Shown here piece by piece: positions 1 to 8,015 of a stretch of DNA of 32,000 nucleotides (its first letter is position 1; every line of letters begins with the position of its first letter). The position numbers and the translations under genes are program-made. This DNA is from Nanobdellota archaeon (lineage in GTDB: Archaea > Nanobdellota > Nanobdellia > Nanobdellales > Nanobdellaceae). The notes beneath the pieces are model-generated. The model saw nothing but the letters and a program-made list of their open reading frames with translations. It did no database searches and had not been told where the DNA came from. The DNA lies in NCBI GenBank assembly GCA_042850255.1, contig AP031373.1:600001-632000 (forward strand), given 5' to 3'.

Positions 1-57
1 AATATAGTCAATATTTTCTTATTCATTTATTTTAGATTCTTTGATATATTTAAAAAA

Positions 58-756
58 CTATTTTAATAGTTCCAGTGCTTCTTCTATTGTTGCATTATAT
101 GATAATATTTTACCACTTCTTATTACTACTATTCTATTTGTTTGTTCTGCAATCTTTGGATCATGCGTTACTATTACTACTGTTTTACCTTCTTCTTTAT
201 TTAAATTTTTCAATATATTCATAACATCTTTTGCGGATTTTTCATCTAAATTTCCAGTAGGTTCATCCGCTAAAATTAGTTCAGGATTATTTATTAATGC
301 TCTTGCAATTGCAACTCTTTGTTGTTGTCCTCCAGATAATTGATTTGGATAATGGTTTAATCTATTACCTAATCCTAATCTTTCTAAAATTTCTTTTGCC
401 TTTTCTATATTATTTTTTCCAGAAATTCTTGAAGGTATAGTTACATTTTCTAATGCGGTTAAATAATTAAATAAATAAAATTGTTGGAATACAAATCCTA
501 TTTTTTTGTTTCTTATTTCTGATAATTTATTATCTGATAAATTAGATATATCTTCTCCAAATAAATAAACCTTACCAGAAGTAGGTCTATCTAATAATCC
601 AATTATTGATAATAATGTAGATTTACCAGAACCAGAAGGTCCCATAATTGATACTAGCTCACCTTCCTTTATTTCTAAATCAATATTATCCAATGCTTTT
701 ATCTCACTATCTCCCATTTTATATATCTTTGTCACCTTTTCCAATTTTATTATCAT
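58..756 (-). CDS. ABC transporter ATP-binding protein (MacB/LolD-like subfamily)
   Basis: Walker A GPSGSGKST, signature LSGGQQQRVAIARAL, Walker B LILADEPTGNLD, H-loop VTHD. A possible next minus-strand start (ATG at 26..24, MNKKILTI...) runs off the window edge and cannot be judged. Confidence 0.9.
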   Translation of the reverse strand: MIIKLEKVTKIYKMGDSEIKALDNIDLEIKEGELVSIMGPSGSGKSTLLSIIGLLDRPTSGKVYLFGEDISNLSDNKLSEIRNKKIGFVFQQFYLFNYLTALENVTIPSRISGKNNIEKAKEILERLGLGNRLNHYPNQLSGGQQQRVAIARALINNPELILADEPTGNLDEKSAKDVMNILKNLNKEEGKTVVIVTHDPKIAEQTNRIVVIRSGKILSYNATIEEALELLK

Positions 757-807
757 AATATCTTATTTATAATTTTTGTATAAAAATATGGTAGAAAGTT
801 CCTTATA

Positions 808-1077
808 GTGGAATATCAAATATTCTATATGGAAAGAGAAATTCTTATACTTGTAATATTTTTTGTAGTATTTGCAGTATTGTTTATGTATATATACTGT
901 TTTTTAACTAATATGAAAGAGTTTGGAATTGGATTAAAATGTATTGCATGGGAAAATCAACAAATTACTATAAATAATATACAACATAATATTATTAATT
1001 ATATTAATGGTTATGAATCTGTACAGATTTTGTATAATCTAAATGAAGAAATAGGAAATGGATGCGATTATATATAA
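808..1077 (+). CDS. hypothetical small membrane protein (GTG start at 808, alternative ATG at 829)
   Basis: It is the only ORF in a 350-bp gap. It has one hydrophobic segment (ILILVIFFVVFAVLFMYIYCFL). No recognisable family. Confidence 0.25.
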   Translation: MEYQIFYMEREILILVIFFVVFAVLFMYIYCFLTNMKEFGIGLKCIAWENQQITINNIQHNIINYINGYESVQILYNLNEEIGNGCDYI

Positions 1078-1107
1078 TTTTTTTAAAGATTACTTTTAAT
1101 TTTTTTA

Positions 1108-2181
1108 ATGATTGAAATAGATGGTTCTTATGGAGAAGGAGGAGGACAAATATTAAGGACAGCATTATCCTTATCTGTAATATTTAAACAAGATATTTAT
1201 ATAAAAAATATTAGAAAAAATAGAAATCCTCCTGGATTAAAGAATCAGCATTTACATACAATATTATTATTAAAGAAAATTACCAATGCGGAGACAAATG
1301 AAATAAAAATAGGATCTGAGGAATTATATTTTAAACCTAGAAATATAAATCCTGGAATATATAAGGAAAATTTAGAGACTGCAGGTTCTATTACATTATT
1401 ATTACAAGGTATATTACTACCTTTATTATTTTCAAAAGATAAAATAAAATTAAAGATAATAGGAGGAACTGATGTAAAAAATTCTCCATCTTTAGATTAT
1501 TTTAGATATGTTTTATTACCATATTATAATATATTTGGAAAAGTAAAATTAGAAATAATAAAAAGGGGATTCTATCCAAAAGGAAATGGAGAAATAAAAT
1601 TAGAAATATATCCAAGATATCATTTAGAAGATTATGATAATATTAACTCTTTTTTAAAAGATATAAATAATATAAAAGAATTAAATATTCCTGAAGAAAA
1701 TTCTGAAGAAATATATATTTATTCTGTTGCTACAAAGGATTTAAAAGATAGAAATGTTGCAGAAAGAATGATAAATTCTGCAATAAAATTATTTTACAAA
1801 TATCCAGAAATAAAAATTAGAAGATATATAGAATATGTAGATTCTTTATCTACAGGAGCAGTAATTACTATAGTAGGTAAAAAAGGAGATTATTATTTTG
1901 GATCGGATTTTTTAGGAGAAAAAGGTTTGTCATCAGAGATAGTTGGAAAAAATGCTGCAGAAAAATTTTTGAAGGTATTAGAAAACAATGTTTCTGTTGA
2001 TGTAAATTTATCAGATAATTTGGTACCTTTTTTATTATTTTTGAATGGAAAATACTCTACTTATGAATTTTCAAATCATTTGAAAACAAATATCTATATA
2101 TCTAATTTATTTTTAGATAGAATTAAATATAAAATTGATAAAAAAGTATATATATTTTCAAAAGATCTCTTCATCCAGTAA
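1108..2181 (+). CDS. rtcA: RNA 3'-terminal phosphate cyclase
   Basis: N-terminus IEIDGSYGEGGGQILRTALSLS, PGLKNQHL, GGTDVKNSPS, and the C-terminal SNHLKTNI motif that retains the adenylylated histidine. A TATA-like tttttaaaga lies about 20 nt upstream of the ATG. Confidence 0.85.
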   Translation: MIEIDGSYGEGGGQILRTALSLSVIFKQDIYIKNIRKNRNPPGLKNQHLHTILLLKKITNAETNEIKIGSEELYFKPRNINPGIYKENLETAGSITLLLQGILLPLLFSKDKIKLKIIGGTDVKNSPSLDYFRYVLLPYYNIFGKVKLEIIKRGFYPKGNGEIKLEIYPRYHLEDYDNINSFLKDINNIKELNIPEENSEEIYIYSVATKDLKDRNVAERMINSAIKLFYKYPEIKIRRYIEYVDSLSTGAVITIVGKKGDYYFGSDFLGEKGLSSEIVGKNAAEKFLKVLENNVSVDVNLSDNLVPFLLFLNGKYSTYEFSNHLKTNIYISNLFLDRIKYKIDKKVYIFSKDLFIQ

Positions 2182-2460
2182 CATTTTATACCTTAATAAA
2201 TCTTGAGAAATATTCATTATAGAATTGTTTAAATATTTTTGAATTTCAAATACTTTTATTAGAATTCTATATTCATCTTCTTTTAATTTAGGTTTCTTTA
2301 ATTCTTCTACATCAAATTGTTCCAATTCTTCTAATATTGTTTCCATTTCATTTATAGCATTTTTTAATTTTTCAATATCGCCTTTAATATGTTCTATAAC
2401 TTTTATTTCCTCCTTATTTAATTCTACATCATGTTCATATGCATCCTTAGGAGGATCCAT
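2158..2460 (-). CDS. hypothetical coiled-coil protein
   Basis: 100-aa ORF rich in E/K heptad-like sequence. Its 3' end overlaps the rtcA 3' end by 24 nt (convergent). No family recognised. Confidence 0.4.
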   Translation of the reverse strand: MDPPKDAYEHDVELNKEEIKVIEHIKGDIEKLKNAINEMETILEELEQFDVEELKKPKLKEDEYRILIKVFEIQKYLNNSIMNISQDLLRYKMLLDEEIF

Positions 2461-2483
2461 AAAAAAGAATAATATTTTGAAAT

Positions 2484-2792
2484 TTATAAGGATACTTCTA
2501 TTTTTTCGTTATATTCCTTTTCTACATTCCAAACTTTTATATCTTGTGTATATGCCTTTTTTGGTTCTTTCGTATTATCATCTACCACAATTACAACAGT
2601 ACCTGTAATTAATTTATTTGTTCCTACAGTTTCTTCTATTTTAAACCCTAATCTTTGTACCAATCTTGTGAAATCTTTCTTATATTTTTCAATTAGTTCT
2701 CTATCTTTTGCTGCAACCGCTCCATATACATATGTTATAAAACTCCTTCCAGTTGGATTTACAGGCCTCATTAATTCTACAGATATTTCCAT
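2484..2792 (-). CDS. hypothetical protein
   Basis: 102-aa ORF with balanced, non-low-complexity composition (MRPVNPTGRSFITYVYGAVAAKDRELIEKY...). It sits upstream of and on the same strand as 2158..2460. No family recognised. Confidence 0.45.
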   Translation of the reverse strand: MEISVELMRPVNPTGRSFITYVYGAVAAKDRELIEKYKKDFTRLVQRLGFKIEETVGTNKLITGTVVIVVDDNTKEPKKAYTQDIKVWNVEKEYNEKIEVSL

Positions 2793-2841
2793 TAATATTA
2801 TTTATAATAAATATATAAAAGTTTTCTATTATTTATCTTTA

Positions 2842-3513
2842 ATGAATATTTTAGTTAGTTCTGATTTGCATTTTCCTATATTCTTTAGAGATTTTTACAG
2901 TAGTTTAAATGAAATAAATGAAAAAGTAGATATAATAATATTATGTGGAGATATAATAGATAATAAAGATCATATATATCTGAAAAAATTACAATATGTA
3001 TTAAATCAAAAATTTGGTAATATTAAAATATTTGCAACATTTGGTAATAATGAAGCTTCTTTCTTTCCGGAAGGGGAAAAAGATAAAAATTTTTATAGGA
3101 AAGAATATCCATCAATAATATGGTTGGATTATGAGTATTATAATATTGGAGATTATTATCTATTAGGTTTTGAAGGATTTACAGATAGAACTTGGAAAAT
3201 GGTAAATATAGAAAATTTGAAGAAAGTTTATTTAAATAAATTAGAAGAAATAATAAAAAAATTAGATAAAAAGATAATATTATTTTCACATTATGGATTA
3301 ACAAAAGAAACTGTCTTTGGAGATCCTGCTCCTATATGGTCTTTATATTCAAAAGATATTGAAGAACTTATTAAAAAATATTCCGATAAAATATTAATTG
3401 GTTTTCATGGTCATGCTCATCATTCTTTAAATTATAAAACTAAGATAAATAATACTGAAATTTATAATGTTGCTTTTCCAATACATAAAAAGCCATTAAT
3501 ATTTAAAATATAA
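2842..3513 (+). CDS. calcineurin-like metallophosphoesterase
   Basis: Motifs in order: SSDLHFP (DxH), CGDIIDN (GDxxD), FGNNE (GNHD/E variant), FSHYG, GFHGHAHH (GHxH). Start moved from the track's 2668 to ATG 2842 (MNILVSSDLH). The upstream 58 codons are the antisense shadow of 2484..2792. Confidence 0.75.
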   Translation: MNILVSSDLHFPIFFRDFYSSLNEINEKVDIIILCGDIIDNKDHIYLKKLQYVLNQKFGNIKIFATFGNNEASFFPEGEKDKNFYRKEYPSIIWLDYEYYNIGDYYLLGFEGFTDRTWKMVNIENLKKVYLNKLEEIIKKLDKKIILFSHYGLTKETVFGDPAPIWSLYSKDIEELIKKYSDKILIGFHGHAHHSLNYKTKINNTEIYNVAFPIHKKPLIFKI

Positions 3514-3543
3514 TTTATAAATATCTAGATATTATAATTTTCT

Positions 3544-4263
3544 ATGGAAAAAAGAGCTGGTGCCGGAACAGTTTTATTAGTTTTAATAATAATTGGATTA
3601 ATTATATATATAGCTACTGGTGGTAATTTGAGTAAACTTCAAAGTTATATACAAAAATTTTCAAATGGAAGCAATATATCAATACCATCTTCGATTAGTG
3701 GAGGCTTTCCTAGTTCTAGCTCATCGGGGTCTAATTTTGTTGCATATTTACAAGCAACAACATCGATTTCCGGACCTACTAGTTGTTTAGGGAATATTCA
3801 GTTCTCGTTATCTTCAGGTGAAATAATAGAAAATAATAATCAGGTATCTGAACAATTATCTTATAGCAATGGTCAAAATGAATTTATTAACGTATATTTA
3901 GGTAATAATGGAAATATAAATTATGCAACTCTTAATAATTCTGAAGGTACATACCTTTACTATGATTCAAGTAATGTGACAAAATTAATAAGTTCAGATC
4001 TGCTTCTTGTTGCTTTGGTTGCCCATGAATCAGGAAACTCCTTTCAAGCATATAATACTACTATAGATTCTGTACCATCATCATGTTTCTATGCTTCGAA
4101 TACATCATCTACACAGACTGTTGAAGTAAAAACATGCCTCTTAAGAACAAGTACTAGTATGCTTCCAATTATTACATATGAAGAAATAAAAGTAAATAAA
4201 GAATGTTCTGGACAACAAGCATCAGGAGAATGGAAATTCTATATCTATGAAGTTCAACCATAA
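3544..4263 (+). CDS. membrane-anchored or secreted Ser/Asn-rich protein with conserved Cys pattern
   Basis: N-terminal hydrophobic anchor GTVLLVLIIIGLIIYIA, a Ser-rich linker, several N-x-S/T sequons, and a C-terminal SSC...KTC...KEC pattern. TATA-like atttataaat lies about 25 nt upstream. Confidence 0.6.
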   Translation: MEKRAGAGTVLLVLIIIGLIIYIATGGNLSKLQSYIQKFSNGSNISIPSSISGGFPSSSSSGSNFVAYLQATTSISGPTSCLGNIQFSLSSGEIIENNNQVSEQLSYSNGQNEFINVYLGNNGNINYATLNNSEGTYLYYDSSNVTKLISSDLLLVALVAHESGNSFQAYNTTIDSVPSSCFYASNTSSTQTVEVKTCLLRTSTSMLPIITYEEIKVNKECSGQQASGEWKFYIYEVQP

Positions 4264-4892
4264 TGTATTCAAAATTTTGTAAATAATTCTACAGAAATTA
4301 ATAATCTTCTTTCTTCAAACTTTACTGCTTACATGAATACATCTTTTTCTAAAACAGGTTCAACTAATTGTTTAAGTGGAATAAGTTTTAATTAGATTTA
4401 TCTGCCTAATTTCATAATATAAAAAAATGAAAGTGTAATAACACAATATGAGGCATATAAAAATCCAGTAATAGTATCTGAAGTAATTTTAAATAATGGA
4501 AGTATAAATAGTTTTTATGTTAATGGTTCTTCAATTTATTCTTTAACTCTTATAAGTCCCAAATCATCCAGTAATTCTTTAACTTATTTTAGTCAACAAA
4601 ATATAAGTGAATTTTGGGATCTTTTTTCTATAACATTTAATTACACGCAGATCTTATTAATGGTAATGTAACATATTTGAATGAAACATTTTATGGACTA
4701 CCTTCTAAATGTGCTTCAATGTTTGACAATTCTTCAGAAGGTTTCATAAGTTTTGAAGAATGTTGGTTGGATATTAATAATGTAAAAGTACCAACTATTA
4801 CATACATATATGAAAATCTTACCAAAAGTTGTTCATCTGGAAATGCCTCAGTATTATTGGAATCTTGCATTGTTAATATAGAAACTTCATAA
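4264..4892 (+). pseudogene. decayed tandem copy of the 3544..4263 ectodomain
   Basis: It starts in frame right after the TAA at 4261-4263. CIQNFVNNSTEINNLLSSNFTAYMNTSFSKTGSTNCLSGISFN parallels YIQKFSNGSNISIP...SNFVAYLQATTSISGPTSCLGNIQFS. In-frame TAG at 4393-4395, TAA at 4420-4422 and TAA at 4669-4671. A frame change near 4641-4671 leads into the 4677..4892 ORF, whose PSKC...EEC...KSC matches the parent's PSSC...KTC...KEC. Confidence 0.6.
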
Positions 4893-4897
4893 TATTA

Positions 4898-4998
4898 TGC
4901 CGCCGGGGGGATTTGAACCCCCGACCTCCTGGTTTCCCACAAACTCATCGATACCTTTGGTTATGAGCCAGGCGCTCTAACCCCTGAGCTACGGCGGC
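4898..4998 (-). tRNA. tRNA-Met (anticodon CAU; tRNA-Ile2 not excluded) with a 28-nt intron at 37/38
   Basis: Minus strand reads GCCGCCG-TA-GCTC-AGGGGTTA-GAGC-G-CCTGG-CTCATA[ACCAAAGGTATCGATGAGTTTGTGGGAA]A-CCAGG-AGGTC-GGGGG-TTCAAAT-CCCCC-CGGCGGC-A. The cloverleaf is complete once 4934..4961 is removed. Anticodon at 4963-4965. No encoded CCA. Confidence 0.85.
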
Positions 4999-5022
4999 AT
5001 ATACTTTTCTAATTATTTAACC

Positions 5023-5030
5023 TTATAAAA
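5023..5030. promoter_or_regulatory. TATA box candidate, possibly shared by the divergent tRNA-Met and uS11 genes
   Basis: TTATAAAA lies 25-32 nt from the tRNA 5' end (4998) and 23-30 nt from the uS11 ATG (5053). It is flanked by A/T-rich BRE-like sequence on both sides. Confidence 0.4.
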
Positions 5031-5052
5031 TTATTTTTTATGATATTCTTTT

Positions 5053-5448
5053 ATGGCAGAAAAAGAAAGATGGGGTGTTGCATGGATATATTCAAATAAA
5101 AATAATACAATTATTCATATTACTGACATTACTGGTGCAGAAACAATTTCTGTAGGTTCTGGTGGAATGGTTGTACTAGCACAAAGGTTAGAAGGAACAC
5201 CTACTGCTGCAATACTTGCAGCAAAAATTGCAGCTCAAAAAGCTTTGGAAAAAGGAATTACTGCAGTACATGTAAGGGTTAGAGCACCTGGAGGACATAA
5301 CGGTCCTTGGGTTCCAACGCCTTCAGCACAATTTGCAATAAAAACATTAATTACTTCTGGATTAAAAGTTGGAGTAGTTGAAGATGTAACACCAATACCA
5401 CATGATCATTGTAGAAGAAAGGGAGGTAAAAGAGGTAGAAGGTTATAA
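5053..5448 (+). CDS. rps11: 30S ribosomal protein uS11 (S11P/S14e)
   Basis: [27 protein letters not shown] ... [23 protein letters not shown], the hallmark uS11 core and C-terminus. Confidence 0.95.
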   Translation: MAEKERWGVAWIYSNKNNTIIHITDITGAETISVGSGGMVVLAQRLEGTPTAAILAAKIAAQKALEKGITAVHVRVRAPGGHNGPWVPTPSAQFAIKTLITSGLKVGVVEDVTPIPHDHCRRKGGKRGRRL

Positions 5449-5497
5449 TATTCTCAATATTTTTACTATTATTCTTTTAATTGCAAATAAATAAAAT

Positions 5498-6571
5498 TTA
5501 ATTCTTCTCATTTAATTTTTCTTCTAAAAATTTTATCAAATTATTTATATCCTTTTCATATATCAACCCTCCAGCAGCCTTTGGATGTCCACCTCCAGAT
5601 ATTCCATATTTTTCTGCAAATTCCTTCATTGCTAATCCTACATCTAATTTTCCACTCTGAAATCTAACAGATACGCTATATTTTCTATTTTTTCCTTTAA
5701 ATAATCTTCCAAATAACTTTTCTTTTAATGACAAAACTATTACTATTTTATCTGGATAGAATGCGGATAAGAATGTAGATAAAGTTCCTGAAGATTTAGA
5801 TTTTAATACTAGTATTTTATCCGACTCATATATTTTTTCAGAATCTACTAAATATTCATAATATTTCATTGCTACATTTTTTAACTTTTTAATATTAAAT
5901 TCTTTAACAAATTCTTTAATATCTAAAGCATTTTTTATATTGCTAGATATTTCGTATGGATGTGCTATTAAAAATAAATAGAAATATATTATATATGGTA
6001 TTGTAAATGATCTTCCTGTATAGAAGCTTCTATAATTTTTTCTTAGATCTTCTATTAATTCTTTATCATTATCAAACATAAAATCACCAATTGCACCTAC
6101 TGATGCTATTAGAGAATACTTTGAAAATTCATCATTAAATAATGTTTTTCCAATTCTATATACTATACTAGTAGTACATATTTCTAAATTAAATAAAGCT
6201 CTTACATCAAAATATAATAAATTATTTGGTAAATTCTTTGGTACAGATCTTTTATGATGATCTAAATATATTATTTTTTTATCTTGGTGTCTTTTTGCTA
6301 AACTAATTAAATTTTTATCTTCCATTGGGGTATCTAAAAATATTATCGTATTTATATTTTTATCATTGAATAATATCCCATCCAATATTCTAATTAAATC
6401 TATATTATTTTCTCCTCTCAATCTAAAATACTCTTTATACTTTTTTCCAAGTTTTTCTAATATTATTTTCATTAAACTCAAAGACATTTTTCCATCTAAA
6501 TCTGAATCTGCTACAATCAATATTTCTTCTTTAGAATTTTTTATTTCTTCAGATACATTTGAAAAATCCAT
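5498..6571 (-). CDS. DHH/DHHA1 phosphoesterase (RecJ/NrnA-like), catalytic motifs intact
   Basis: Motif I VADSDLDG, motif II IIFLDTP, motif III YLDHHK, motif IV GAIGDFM, DHHA1 GGGHPKAAGG. Confidence 0.8.
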   Translation of the reverse strand: MDFSNVSEEIKNSKEEILIVADSDLDGKMSLSLMKIILEKLGKKYKEYFRLRGENNIDLIRILDGILFNDKNINTIIFLDTPMEDKNLISLAKRHQDKKIIYLDHHKRSVPKNLPNNLLYFDVRALFNLEICTTSIVYRIGKTLFNDEFSKYSLIASVGAIGDFMFDNDKELIEDLRKNYRSFYTGRSFTIPYIIYFYLFLIAHPYEISSNIKNALDIKEFVKEFNIKKLKNVAMKYYEYLVDSEKIYESDKILVLKSKSSGTLSTFLSAFYPDKIVIVLSLKEKLFGRLFKGKNRKYSVSVRFQSGKLDVGLAMKEFAEKYGISGGGHPKAAGGLIYEKDINNLIKFLEEKLNEKN

Positions 6572-6612
6572 AGTAATGTAAAAATATAGGTATATATTTA
6601 AAAATTATATAT

Positions 6613-6685
6613 GCCCCGGTAGCTCAGTTGGTAGAGCGATGGACTCGTAATCCATAGGTCCCGGGTTCAAGTCCCGGCCGGGGCT
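6613..6685 (+). tRNA. tRNA-Thr (anticodon CGU)
   Basis: GCCCCGG-TA-GCTC-AGTTGGTA-GAGC-G-ATGGA-CTCGTAA-TCCAT-AGGTC-CCGGG-TTCAAGT-CCCGG-CCGGGGC-T. Perfect 73-nt cloverleaf, no intron, no encoded CCA. Confidence 0.95.
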
Positions 6686-7340
6686 ATCTTCTATAGTTGT
6701 AATTTCTAAAATAATAATAGTCATGATAATTATATGGATTTTGATAATTATAATAATTTTGATTATTATTAGAATATTGTAAATTATCTTCAGCGAAATT
6801 ATCTATATCATTTTCTTCATTTTTAATTGTTTCCTCCTCTTCTTCAAGTATTTCTGGGATATATCTATCTATAATAAATATAATTATGTATATAAATGGG
6901 AAAAATATAACTAATGATAATAAATTTATTAGACTGAATGGTACTACATTATAAATAAATGGAGTTAACATTATCTGGAAATATGCAAAAAATCCTGTTT
7001 TTCCTATTGCTTTTGCAATTCTCTTTCTTCTTATTGCAGAAATTAATGCAAATAATGATAAAAATAAAAATAATAGAGATATAAACAATTTACCAGGATC
7101 ATTTAGTTCATTATGTTTATATAATTCTCTTAGCCAATCTATAGAAACCCAAGAATATATTACGCTATTTGCAATCGCATGACTATAATGTATTCCCTTT
7201 TTTTCTACAAAGAATTCCATGCTAAACCATGTAATATAAACAGGATATGTAATCCAAATTATATTTAAATTTATTAAGGTATTAATAAATATATTTAACC
7301 ATGAGTTTGTTAATAAGATTAATATTTGAATTATATCCAT
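6684..7340 (-). CDS. polytopic membrane protein with acidic linker and Asn/Tyr-rich C-terminal tail
   Basis: Several hydrophobic helices, then EILEEEEETIKNEENDIDNF, then LQYSNNNQNYYNYQNPYNYHDYYYFRNYNYRR. The stop codon overlaps the tRNA-Thr 3' end by 2 nt. Confidence 0.55.
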   Translation of the reverse strand: MDIIQILILLTNSWLNIFINTLINLNIIWITYPVYITWFSMEFFVEKKGIHYSHAIANSVIYSWVSIDWLRELYKHNELNDPGKLFISLLFLFLSLFALISAIRRKRIAKAIGKTGFFAYFQIMLTPFIYNVVPFSLINLLSLVIFFPFIYIIIFIIDRYIPEILEEEEETIKNEENDIDNFAEDNLQYSNNNQNYYNYQNPYNYHDYYYFRNYNYRR

Positions 7341-7403
7341 AAAATATTAAAAACTGTTAGAATATAAAAACAATTTTAAAAATAGTAATGATATAAATAT
7401 ACT

Positions 7404-8015
7404 ATGGGTTTGGGTTTGCTAATTTATGTATTAATTCTTATATTAGATATAGGAATATCTATTTGGAATTCTTATAATTCAGGAAAAGCTTTGGAAATAA
7501 TGAAAATTGAAAATATAGAAAGCGATTGGCCAAGAATGGTTGCATATTCGGCTTTAATATTATCATTTGCAGGTGCTGCTTATGGAGATCTAGGTATATT
7601 ATCAATTATAGCATATTATTTAGGTTATATAAATTTATATACATTAACTAGTCTATTATCATTTTCCTTTATAGTATTTGGATTTTTAATAATAATATTC
7701 GGATTAGTTATAACAGTTAATAGTATAATTGTTGCATATAAAACAAAAAGTTTTACATCAATATTTGTTGCTATATATAATAGTATTGCAACAATATGGG
7801 ATATTTATTCATATATTCAGGGATTTTCATATGCATTTAATACATTAAGAGGATTTGTTTCAAATGATAGGGATTCTCAAGGAGTATTTGTAGTATTAAT
7901 TATTATAGCAGTATTAATAGCAATATTTATGGTATATGGTGCTTATAAACATGGAAGAGCTTCCGCATATAAATATAGTAAATCTATATCTGTACCATCT
8001 CCAATTGAATCTTAA
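7404..8015 (+). CDS. hypothetical polytopic membrane protein
   Basis: 203 aa with about 5 hydrophobic helices. The stop overlaps the next start (TAATG). No family recognised. Confidence 0.55.
   Translation: MGLGLLIYVLILILDIGISIWNSYNSGKALEIMKIENIESDWPRMVAYSALILSFAGAAYGDLGILSIIAYYLGYINLYTLTSLLSFSFIVFGFLIIIFGLVITVNSIIVAYKTKSFTSIFVAIYNSIATIWDIYSYIQGFSYAFNTLRGFVSNDRDSQGVFVVLIIIAVLIAIFMVYGAYKHGRASAYKYSKSISVPSPIES

Noticed and set aside
1108-2181. The cyclase gene might be an inactive Rcl1-like pseudoenzyme, because the segment VDVNLSDNL has no His.
   Set aside because: The true adenylylation motif lies further C-terminal, and it is intact (SNHLKTNI, cognate of E. coli SCHLLTNI). RtcA is the better call.
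2668-2841. The track's long N-terminal extension of the metallophosphoesterase ORF (start at 2668).
   Set aside because: The first 58 codons overlap 2484..2792 antisense and have no phosphoesterase similarity. The family's first motif (DLH) lies directly after the ATG at 2842, which has a TATA-like tataaaag upstream.
3544-3630. Type IV pilin-like (class III) signal peptides at the N-termini of 3544..4263, 13302..15107 and 15097..17091.
   Set aside because: The sequences (MEKRAGAGTV..., MRTFNYLIEI..., MARSQLYLYT...) do not fit the [KR]-[GA]-hydrophobic prepilin peptidase site convincingly. Calling them signal anchors or ordinary signal peptides is the safer description.
4261-4671. In-frame TAA and TAG codons in the duplicated ectodomain as evidence for stop-codon reassignment or a variant genetic code.
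   Set aside because: TAA and TAG terminate many well-supported genes in this window at the expected family lengths (rtcA, uS11, pheS, pheT, Bud32). The region also needs a frameshift, so pseudogenisation explains it better.
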